NCBI GenBank assembly: GCA_964593555.1
Contig: CAZQIC010000007.1
Location: 6,226 to 70,225 of the forward strand
From: an uncultured Bacteroidia bacterium
GTDB lineage: Bacteria > Bacteroidota > Bacteroidia > JAFLBG01
DNA: 64,000 nucleotides
Direction: 5' to 3'
Positions 57,090 to 64,000 of this stretch are shown piece by piece; position 1 is the first letter of the stretch; each line of letters opens with the position of its first letter. The notes below the pieces were generated by a model, which saw only the letters and a program-made list of their open reading frames with translations, searched no databases and was not told the DNA's origin. The position numbers and the translations under genes are program-made.

Positions 57090-57165
57090 CTTTAATTTCC
57101 ATCAACACAAACGCTCCCCAATACTTGGGCTGGGGGTATTTTAATTTTAGTTGTTTCTGTGTTTT
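57090..57165 (-). pseudogene. Fragment duplicating the 3-prime end of the CHAT-domain gene at 62217
   Basis: ttaatttccatcaacacaaacgctccccaatacttgggctgggggtattttaattt is near-identical to 62217-62275 (ctaatttcccatcaacacaaacgctccccaataattgggctgaggatattttaattt). It would encode LKYPQPKYWGAFVLM, compared with LKYPQPNYWGAFVLMGN. A 1-nt deletion precedes the stop. Confidence 0.7.
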
Positions 57166-57190
57166 CATCAAGTTTCTCAATCATTTCTTT

Positions 57191-57250
57191 TAGAAATACA
57201 ATTTATGGGTTAAAAAAATTACTCCTGCCCTATTGTTCGGTGTAATTTTG
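57191..57250 (+). promoter_or_regulatory. Promoter module copy A (TAGAAATACAATTTAT-N12-TTACT-N19-TAATTTTG)
   Basis: The ATG of the 91-aa peptide gene is at offset 80. The box at offset 52-59 equals the Bacteroidota -7 consensus TAnnTTTG. Confidence 0.6.
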
Positions 57251-57270
57251 CTACATAAATCAAACAAAAA

Positions 57271-57546
57271 ATGGAAGCGAAAAAAAAGATAAAGCTACAA
57301 GAACTGAAAACACAAAGTTTTATAACTAGTCTTGACAAATCAAAAAGTGAAACTATCAATGGTGCAGGAGGAGGTGCAGTAAACACTCAAGATAATTGCT
57401 ACCATACTGACTGGACTTGTTGGAGTGACATAAATGGTAATGGCCAAATTGATGGATATGAGCCATTTATATCCAAAATGGTTAGTGATTTTGGTCTTTG
57501 TTTACCTCTTGAAATAATTTACAATTCAATGGTAGGATATAATTAA
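57271..57546 (+). CDS. Leader-peptide-like small protein (91 aa, 3 Cys)
   Basis: The N-terminus (MEAKKKIKLQELKTQSFITSLDKSKSETINGAGGG) shares the KL..L.(V/T)(K/Q)SFIT motif and a Gly-rich junction with ORF 26477..26785. It is preceded by promoter module A and is convergent with helical paralog 3. Confidence 0.6.
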   Translation: MEAKKKIKLQELKTQSFITSLDKSKSETINGAGGGAVNTQDNCYHTDWTCWSDINGNGQIDGYEPFISKMVSDFGLCLPLEIIYNSMVGYN

Positions 57547-57728
57547 TATGAGCAACCTAATAGCCGCTATTGTCAATTATAAGAACACCCCTCCAAGATA
57601 GCTGCATCAGTTGCCGAAATTACCTCTATTATTGAAAGTCGCTTAAGCATGAATTGCTCAGAAGTAACAAAGTTGGTTATATATTGTATTGAGGTGCGAC
57701 AATATATCATTACACAAATGCTAATAAT

Positions 57729-57754
57729 AATGGGGGAGAAAAAAATCCCCCATT
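57729..57754. terminator. Hairpin between convergent genes (bidirectional terminator candidate)
   Basis: aatggggga - gaaaaaaa - tcccccatt: a 9-bp stem flanked by A/T runs on both sides. Confidence 0.55.
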
Positions 57755-57771
57755 AAATTTAAATAGTAATC

Positions 57772-59286
57772 CTATTTAAATGGCATTTTACTCTTCAACT
57801 TCCCTTCCACCCATGCACTAAAATCAAATAAATAAAACGCTTGTTTCTCATAAGGATTGTTTTGCAGCTGCGAAAGCTCTCTTTTCAAACTATGCAAATT
57901 CCTTATATAGATTTCTTTACCTTTTACGCCGCCTAATTGTTTCTTAAAAAATTCGAGCATCAGACTTTCCACCTGAAAAACAATATTTCGTTTGATTAAA
58001 TATTTTTTCGCGGAGGCATAAGCCGACTCAAGTGCCTGTTCATCTTCAGCATCAAAGTATATTACCATATTAATCAACCTAAACATAGAATGCAAATCCG
58101 TCCTCACCACATTATCCAGATTTGAAATAGAAAAATTCAAGACTTTTTTCGCCAGCCCATAGTCTTTTGATGAAACAGCTGCCTTTAACAATTGAAAGCA
58201 GATCGTAATTTTATCTTCAGGGGTCATCTGCATTTGCACACCATTTTTTATTTTTTCAAAGTGTGTTTTTGCAATATCTATTGCATCCTTATATTTTCCA
58301 ATAAGATTATAACGTTCAAGCTCGAGTTTAACCACTAACATATCAATTGTATAAACAGAATCGGGTTGATATTTGCTTGTCTGTTTTGAAAAGTCCTTTA
58401 AATATTTAACTGTTAGTGGCATTTCGGAAAAAAATTTATTCTTTGCCTGACACATTCCTAAATTATATAAACTCATTATATATGAACCACTCCTATCAGC
58501 TATTAGTTTAGGCCTAAGCTGAAATTCATTAACCAAAACCTTACCATAATAATAGGCTTTATCATATTCATATATCATATAATGATATGCGAACCGATTT
58601 AAGTAATAATGAGTCAATGCACCAAAGGAAATTGCCTTTTTTTCATTCGCTAATAAATCAGAGGTTAATAATTCTTTCATCTCATGTGCATCATTTTTTT
58701 TTCGGATGTATCCTGTTTTCTGACGTTTTAAAAAAAATATCATTGATAATCTCAAAAAATCATTTGCGTTTTGAAGTTGCTTTACATTTAAATCAGATTT
58801 GTCAAAAAAAACTTCTATTTCCTTGGGGGTCACATTTGTAAATGATCTGATTCTTAACAATTCCAAATCCCATCTATTTAGTTCTGCTATACAACTAAAC
58901 CTTTCATAATTTTCAGCCAGTTGGCGTGTCTTTTTCAAAATATTCTCACACAACTTAAACAATCCCTTTTTGAATAAAATTTCGATGTGATTAAGATAAT
59001 TTCTCAATTCATTATCAACGGATGATTCGCGATGATATGCAGCCAAGGCATTTAAGATAAGATTTTGAAGATAAAATTTTATCTCCGCAAAACGCCCATC
59101 CGACACTTCTGCCTTCAATTTATACTTTAGTTCGCCTTCATCATAATTTTCTTGTTTTTCTATTAAATCAAACAATCGGATTGCAAATGTTTCAGTAGTG
59201 TGAATCGAAAAAAGCTTAACGTATCGCTTTTCAGATTTGGTTAATGAGTGTATAAGTTGATGCAAATGTGTATTTGGAGTCTTCAT
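57772..59286 (-). CDS. Helical (TPR-like) protein of unknown function, paralog 3 of 3
   Basis: 504 aa with ATG start. It has the N-terminal LHQLIHSLTKSEKRYVKLF motif and the C-terminal NPYEKQAFYLFDFSAWVEGKL motif. Its start codon lies 2 nt from promoter module B on the opposite strand. Confidence 0.7.
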   Translation of the reverse strand: MKTPNTHLHQLIHSLTKSEKRYVKLFSIHTTETFAIRLFDLIEKQENYDEGELKYKLKAEVSDGRFAEIKFYLQNLILNALAAYHRESSVDNELRNYLNHIEILFKKGLFKLCENILKKTRQLAENYERFSCIAELNRWDLELLRIRSFTNVTPKEIEVFFDKSDLNVKQLQNANDFLRLSMIFFLKRQKTGYIRKKNDAHEMKELLTSDLLANEKKAISFGALTHYYLNRFAYHYMIYEYDKAYYYGKVLVNEFQLRPKLIADRSGSYIMSLYNLGMCQAKNKFFSEMPLTVKYLKDFSKQTSKYQPDSVYTIDMLVVKLELERYNLIGKYKDAIDIAKTHFEKIKNGVQMQMTPEDKITICFQLLKAAVSSKDYGLAKKVLNFSISNLDNVVRTDLHSMFRLINMVIYFDAEDEQALESAYASAKKYLIKRNIVFQVESLMLEFFKKQLGGVKGKEIYIRNLHSLKRELSQLQNNPYEKQAFYLFDFSAWVEGKLKSKMPFK

Positions 59287-59287
59287 T

Positions 59288-59347
59288 TAGAAATACAATT
59301 TATGATTATTTAAAGTTACTATTTTATTTTATATCGCTATAATTTTA
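59288..59347 (+). promoter_or_regulatory. Promoter module copy B (TAGAAATACAATTTAT-N12-TTACT-N19-TAATTTTA)
   Basis: The 16-mer is identical to copies A and C. The ATG of a 56-aa ORF is at offset 78. Confidence 0.55.
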
Positions 59348-59365
59348 CCAAAATCACATGCGCAA

Positions 59366-59536
59366 ATGAAAAACAAATTTGAAATTTTTAAAAAAATCGG
59401 ATTTCACTATTGTAAAAAAGATATGGAGAAGATTACTGGACAAATGTTCATGCCATTTATGCCGATGCCAAGAATCACACCCTCCATCGGCCATCTCAAT
59501 ATGACCAATTCAGAACCCCAGTTAGTCCCTGGATAG
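59366..59536 (+). CDS. Unannotated 56-aa ORF (below the ORF-track cutoff)
   Basis: It encodes MKNKFEIFKKIGFHYCKKDMEKITGQMFMPFMPMPRITPSIGHLNMTNSEPQLVPG. Its ATG sits at the same distance from module B as the verified starts sit from modules A, C, D and E. Confidence 0.4.
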   Translation: MKNKFEIFKKIGFHYCKKDMEKITGQMFMPFMPMPRITPSIGHLNMTNSEPQLVPG

Positions 59537-59576
59537 CCAGTGAAAATGATTAAAACAAACCTTTTCAACTCTCAAT

Positions 59577-59636
59577 TAGAAATCCAATTTTTACATCTTT
59601 TAACTTACTTTACTCTTCGAGTTTCCAATAGTTTTA
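59577..59636 (+). promoter_or_regulatory. Promoter module copy D (TAGAAATCCAATTTTT-N12-TTACT-N19-TAGTTTTA)
   Basis: 13/16 match in the 16-mer, with TTACT at offset 28-32 and TAGTTTTA at offset 52-59. The ATG of the 522-aa gene is at offset 85. Confidence 0.5.
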
Positions 59637-59661
59637 GCCATATTAATTAAATCCATACGTT

Positions 59662-61230
59662 ATGTTAAAAAACATACTTTACTCTTTCATTCTTTTACCA
59701 TTCATTACTAATGCTCAATCTACCTCTTTAAAAAAGTGTTTTGGAGGGACAAATGCCGATGTTGCCTTTCACTCAGTAAAAACATCGAATGGCCATATTG
59801 CATTAGCCGGTTATTCATCGTCATCAAATGGAGATACTCCCATAAATTATGGAGGTACTGATTTTACGTTTTTAATTATCGACACCTCAGGGACTGTTAT
59901 TTCCACAAAAAATTATGGAAGCAGTGGAAGTGATGCAGCATACTCACTTACAGAATGCAGGGACAATGGGTTTGCTATTATTGGTGTTTCCGATAAGGCA
60001 GACTCTAACGTTACACTTAACAAAGGGCAATTTGATATTTGGATTGTTAAAACTGACGCTCAAGGAAATTTATTATGGGAAAAATCCTTCGGAGGCTCTT
60101 CCTCCGAACACGGTTATGGTATTTTACAAACACGCGATAACGGTTTTCTTCTTGCAGGAAAAACTAATTCTTCTGATGGGGATGTAACGTCAAACCATGG
60201 CGCATCAGATGGCTGGTTAATAAAAACGGATTCCATTGGAAATCTTTTATGGGAAAAAACCTATGGTGGTACGTTAAGTGATGGTTTTTATTCAATAACG
60301 CTATGCAGCAACAATGACATATTGGTATGTGGGCATTCAGCATCCTCTAATGGTAATTTAACGTTTAATAACGGAGCAGAAGATTTATGGGTAATGAGAC
60401 TTGATAGTGTCGGAACTGTATTATGGTCTAAATCCTTTGGAGGAACACAATATGAAGGAGGGGAATCAATTGTTGAGACATCAAGTGGTGATATCGTTGT
60501 TATTGGAGCAACCGACTCGAACAATGGAGATGTTACCGGCAGTCATGGATTAACAGACTCGTGGTTGATAAAACTAAATGCGACCGGTAATTTGAAATGG
60601 AAAAAATGTTTTGGCGGAACATTGTTTGACTATTCCTCCTCTATAATCGAAACTGAGGATAAAAAGTATTTATTTTGCGGGCAAGCAAGATCAAACAACG
60701 GAGACCTAAATGGTAATTCTATTTTTGGCCTTGAGGACTATTGGGTTGTTAAAACTGATACCAACGGGGCAATTATTTGGCAAAAAAATTACGGAGGGAC
60801 TGGACCAGACTATGCAAACAGTATTATATCCCTTGGCGATGATAAGTATGTTGTTGTTGGTAACACCACATCAAATAACAATGATGTTTCCGGAAATCAC
60901 AGTGCTGACAATGATGCATGGGTTTTGATCGTAAAAGACCAAGCTAATACCACTTCTATTAATTCATACTCGGCGAAAACTAAAGTTTACTATACTGCAT
61001 ATCCTAATCCGGCTAACACAACTTTTTATCTTGATCTGCAAAGTGCATTCAGCTCAGAGCTATCTCTTATTCTCTATAACAACCTAGGTGAAAGAGTTAT
61101 CGTTAAAGACAAAGTGATCGCAGGTGATCGTTTGGTAATTGATGTTTCACATATTCCTGCGGGGATATACTACTTAGAAATAAATGACACTAACAATACC
61201 GGTATAAGTAGAATTATAGTTCAAAAATAG
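59662..61230 (+). CDS. Secreted tandem-repeat (propeller-like) protein with T9SS type-A CTD
   Basis: It has a signal peptide. The unit GGS..D.(A/G)YS...T.DNGF...G.T.S.DGDVT.NHG..D.W(L/I)IKTD..GNLLWEK occurs about seven times, each about 55 aa. The C-terminus is YPNPANTTFYLDL...LYNNLGERV...AGIYYLEIN. Confidence 0.75.
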   Translation: MLKNILYSFILLPFITNAQSTSLKKCFGGTNADVAFHSVKTSNGHIALAGYSSSSNGDTPINYGGTDFTFLIIDTSGTVISTKNYGSSGSDAAYSLTECRDNGFAIIGVSDKADSNVTLNKGQFDIWIVKTDAQGNLLWEKSFGGSSSEHGYGILQTRDNGFLLAGKTNSSDGDVTSNHGASDGWLIKTDSIGNLLWEKTYGGTLSDGFYSITLCSNNDILVCGHSASSNGNLTFNNGAEDLWVMRLDSVGTVLWSKSFGGTQYEGGESIVETSSGDIVVIGATDSNNGDVTGSHGLTDSWLIKLNATGNLKWKKCFGGTLFDYSSSIIETEDKKYLFCGQARSNNGDLNGNSIFGLEDYWVVKTDTNGAIIWQKNYGGTGPDYANSIISLGDDKYVVVGNTTSNNNDVSGNHSADNDAWVLIVKDQANTTSINSYSAKTKVYYTAYPNPANTTFYLDLQSAFSSELSLILYNNLGERVIVKDKVIAGDRLVIDVSHIPAGIYYLEINDTNNTGISRIIVQK

Positions 61231-61380
61231 ATTTTCACACTCGTATTAAAAATTAATTTACTCGTTTAGAAAACAAATTTTTGGCCAAATAATATTGACG
61301 TCTCGCAGAAAGAGATTCCATTTTCAGTACCCAAAAAAAGTTTCATATATCTTTTCCAACATGCGTTTTGGATTTCATTT

Positions 61381-61440
61381 TAGAAATACAATTTATAGTT
61401 ATATAAAATTAGAATTAACTTTTTATGTGTGCCAATTTTA
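61381..61440 (+). promoter_or_regulatory. Promoter module copy C (TAGAAATACAATTTAT-N12-TTAGA-N19-CAATTTTA)
   Basis: The 16-mer is identical to copies A and B. The ATG of the 207-aa gene is at offset 79. Confidence 0.55.
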
Positions 61441-61459
61441 AACTCAAATACTAAAACCA

Positions 61460-62083
61460 ATGAGAACACTGCATACTATTTTACTTATGATTTCTTTCCG
61501 TTTATTAGTATTAGCCCAGACAGGGATAGTATTAGATTATCCTAACGGAGGAGAAACTTTACCTTCAGGCATTGCTGACACTATTAGATGGACTGATTTT
61601 CCGAGCCAGGCAAACACAACAGTTAACTTATTCTATTCAACGAATGGAGGCAGCACGTGGGCCACGATTAAAAACAAAGTCCCCAATACCGGTATGTATG
61701 CGTGGGCCATACCTAATACCGCATCAGCACAATGCAGAGTAAAAGTAACAACCAATTACGGAGCCTTTGCGACAGATATGAGCGACAATGATTTTACAAT
61801 TACCGGTGGTGCAACATCAATTGTACCACCCGATATAAACGGTAATTTTCATGTGCATTTCAATGCAAACTCCAAAGAAATTATAATAAAAAGCCTGTCC
61901 ATTCAGGAATCCCCATACACCCTTTATTTATACAACCTGCTTGGGGATTTTATTTTCTCAGTAGAAAACCAAGGCAATTCATCCTTTTACATACCTGATA
62001 TAACGTATGGTATCTACATAATAAAAATTGACCAGACTAGATCTTTTCCATACATACAAAAAATACAATTAACAGATAAATAA
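61460..62083 (+). CDS. Small secreted Ig-like protein with T9SS type-A-like CTD
   Basis: 207 aa with a signal peptide. It contains YPNGGETL...IRWTD...STNGGSTWATI and the C-terminus YLYNLLGDFIF...GIYIIKID. Confidence 0.6.
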   Translation: MRTLHTILLMISFRLLVLAQTGIVLDYPNGGETLPSGIADTIRWTDFPSQANTTVNLFYSTNGGSTWATIKNKVPNTGMYAWAIPNTASAQCRVKVTTNYGAFATDMSDNDFTITGGATSIVPPDINGNFHVHFNANSKEIIIKSLSIQESPYTLYLYNLLGDFIFSVENQGNSSFYIPDITYGIYIIKIDQTRSFPYIQKIQLTDK

Positions 62084-62216
62084 AACTAAAGCGTGCAGAA
62101 ATACAATCAACACAAATTTTTAATAAAAAATGAAGCCAAAGAAAAAAATCAGAAGAATTAACATCGGATAATTTTATTACAAGTACATATAAGTTATACT
62201 TAAAAGTTCTTTATAC

Positions 62217-64000
62217 CTAATTTCCCATCAACACAAACGCTCCCCAATAATTGGGCTGAGGATATTTTAATTTGAGCTGCTTTTGCGCTTTAAGAAAAGC
62301 ATCCTGTTTGTTTCCGGAGACAGCAAAGTTTTTATAAAAATTTGTCATCAGGTCAACAGTAGCATTATCACTCACGGTCCATAAACTCATAATAACAGAT
62401 TTAGCACCAGCAACCAGGAACGAACGCTGTAAGCCATAAACACCCTCTCCAACTTTCACATCTCCTAAACCTGTTTCACAAGCACTCAGTACAACAAGTT
62501 CGGTATTTTCCAATGACATGTTCATTGCTTCATAAGCAGTTAATACACCATTGTTGCTAGACTGGTGGTCGCTTTTTCCTGCAAATGCATCTTCTGCACC
62601 CGCCAATAAAATTCCTGAACGATGAAGTGGATTTTCTTTGGCTTTTGATGTTTCGATACCCAATACTTTTTCAGCATCGGGATTTCGTATTGCAGGTAAA
62701 AAGAAACCATGCGTTGCAATATGTAAAATTTCGGAGGAAGTTGATTTTACATTCTCCTCATTGGCATTTAATTCTAAATATGTTTTTGTTTTATATCCGG
62801 CTGCTTTTAAGATCTTCTCAATGTTCTCTACTTCTTTTTTTGTTCCCGGCAGTTCACTGATCTTTCCATTTGTTCCGTATTTAGGATAACCGTACAATGA
62901 GGCTGTCTTTTTTATGTTCGCCTTTTTATCGGCAGCAAGTTTCACTTTTAACACTTCTTTTGAATTTCCTACCAGCACGATAATTTTCGTGTCTATTAAA
63001 TATTTGCCGGATGGATCTTTAATCGTGTTAAGACTGATCTGATTGTACACACCATCAGGAGAAATATACAATGTTTTTTTTCCTTTTGTTAGTTGATCTA
63101 TTCCACTCCAGAACTGGAGATAAGTATCTTCTGCATCAACTAGTTTTTTTATTCCTGCCCTATATGATTTTATATATGTTGTTTCAAGGTCATTTCCATT
63201 TTTTAACAAAACAAATTTTGGTTCGTTGATCGTGGTTTTATCAATTACCAAGGCGGCGTAATAAACAGAATCAACAAAAACTCTTTTGAATTTTCTAAAC
63301 TGAACTATTTCAACTATTGCTTCGTCTGGTTTCAGTGATTGAACCAACTCCTTAAATGACACATGATGTTTAACCACGTCACTGCCAAATATTTCTGATT
63401 CGGAAGACAACTCCTTCTCCAATTTATTAGTCATCGTTTCCAACGAATCAAGATTTATTTTTTCTTCGACGAGTTCATCTTTAGAAAGCGTGTATAAACG
63501 AGCCAGATTTTCTTTTTGATCCAGCCATTGGCTGTATTTTTTTTGCAAGCCCTCATTACCGCTTGCCATAATTTGCTGCCTCACCTTATTTGATGAATTT
63601 AATAAAAGTGCCTTGGTTCTTATTTGCGTATCATACATCAATGCGATCATTTCCGGGTACGCAGACCCTGCCTCCATGCAAAAAGAATTAAACCTGTTTA
63701 GTCTTGGCGACATCTTGGCCCAGAATTTACTTTTTTCACTCTCACTCATTGGAGCAAAATAAGCATCAATGTATCCTAATGTTGCTGCAATAACTTTTTT
63801 ATAACTCTCCTTCGCTTCCTGCATATTATTTTTCTGCCATTCAAAAATCGCATGATCCTCGAGACTGTTTATATACTCCGGATGATTTTCTCCTAATATT
63901 TTTTTTCTCACCTCCAATGCCTTCGCAAGCAAGGGCGCAGCTTCATCTAAACGGTTGTTTATCCTGCAATAATTCCCAAGGTCACTAATTGTAGAAGCAT
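62217..64000 (-). CDS. TPR-repeat CHAT-domain (caspase-like) protein, 5-prime end outside the window
   Basis: The reading frame stays open upstream of the track start (TTG at 63932) to the window edge (...ISDLGNYCRINNRLDEAAPLLAKALEVRKKILGENHPEY, TPR-like). The C-terminal half has LHIATHGFF and LVVLSACETG, which fit the CHAT His/Cys dyad, and ends in YWGAFVLMGN. Confidence 0.8.
   Translation of the reverse strand, partial: ASTISDLGNYCRINNRLDEAAPLLAKALEVRKKILGENHPEYINSLEDHAIFEWQKNNMQEAKESYKKVIAATLGYIDAYFAPMSESEKSKFWAKMSPRLNRFNSFCMEAGSAYPEMIALMYDTQIRTKALLLNSSNKVRQQIMASGNEGLQKKYSQWLDQKENLARLYTLSKDELVEEKINLDSLETMTNKLEKELSSESEIFGSDVVKHHVSFKELVQSLKPDEAIVEIVQFRKFKRVFVDSVYYAALVIDKTTINEPKFVLLKNGNDLETTYIKSYRAGIKKLVDAEDTYLQFWSGIDQLTKGKKTLYISPDGVYNQISLNTIKDPSGKYLIDTKIIVLVGNSKEVLKVKLAADKKANIKKTASLYGYPKYGTNGKISELPGTKKEVENIEKILKAAGYKTKTYLELNANEENVKSTSSEILHIATHGFFLPAIRNPDAEKVLGIETSKAKENPLHRSGILLAGAEDAFAGKSDHQSSNNGVLTAYEAMNMSLENTELVVLSACETGLGDVKVGEGVYGLQRSFLVAGAKSVIMSLWTVSDNATVDLMTNFYKNFAVSGNKQDAFLKAQKQLKLKYPQPNYWGAFVLMGN

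Noticed and set aside
57547-57728. Tiny ORFs after the 91-aa peptide gene (MSNLIAAIVNYKNTPPR and a 34-aa ORF starting MNCSEVTK).
   Set aside because: They have no conserved promoter geometry, no motif and no paralog in the window. They cannot be told apart from chance ORFs.
1-64000. Search by eye of all intergenic regions longer than 80 nt for tRNA, rRNA, tmRNA, transposase, integrase, phage or toxin-antitoxin genes.
   Set aside because: I recognised no cloverleaf-like or rRNA-like sequence and no mobility gene. Absence is based on visual inspection only and should be confirmed with tRNAscan-SE, Infernal and ISfinder-type searches.

Overview
AT-rich chromosomal segment that looks like a gliding member of the Bacteroidota. 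Support for that: gldH, a PorP/SprF gene, many T9SS type-A and type-B C-terminal sorting domains, and TAnnTTTG-like promoter boxes. About half of the window (about 32.5 kb, 13 genes) encodes predicted T9SS cargo. The cargo is dominated by four giant paralogous adhesin-like proteins of 1298-1635 aa. Each has an FxENKGQ N-terminus, SBBP propeller repeats, PKD domains, 3-6 SprB-type Cys repeats and a type-B CTD. Three smaller beta-propeller type-B proteins are tightly coupled behind them. Housekeeping genes are interleaved: SOD, a biotin carrier, pepN, pgk, holB, a PSP1 protein, gldH, gltX, folB, acpH and a gamma-carbonic-anhydrase-like protein. Most notable observations: (1) A four-gene operon at 44.5-47.6 kb. 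In it a TIGR04222-like membrane protein with a 7-Cys Gly/Ser/Cys C-terminal tail is translationally coupled to a DUF692 (MNIO) enzyme and a possible DUF2063-like partner. No separate precursor peptide gene is present, so this is a candidate protein-tail-modifying RiPP-like system. (2) A fixed-geometry promoter module of about 60 nt, present in five copies about 80 nt upstream of start codons of T9SS cargo and small-peptide genes. (3) Three paralogous helical proteins of about 510 aa next to cargo loci. Two of them are convergent with leader-peptide-like Cys-containing small ORFs that share a KSFIT motif. (4) An ECF sigma/anti-sigma pair whose anti-sigma ectodomain is built from the same modules as the neighbouring cargo. 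It lies beside a PorP/SprF mini-cluster with shared candidate promoters and a structured 160-nt intergenic element. (5) A metal-type cluster: a Cys-rich membrane protein, a TonB-dependent receptor and two HMA proteins. I recognised no rRNA, tRNA, CRISPR array, transposase or integrase. All domain calls rest on motif recognition by eye, not on HMM or BLAST searches. Hand-located motif coordinates may be off by 1-2 nt.
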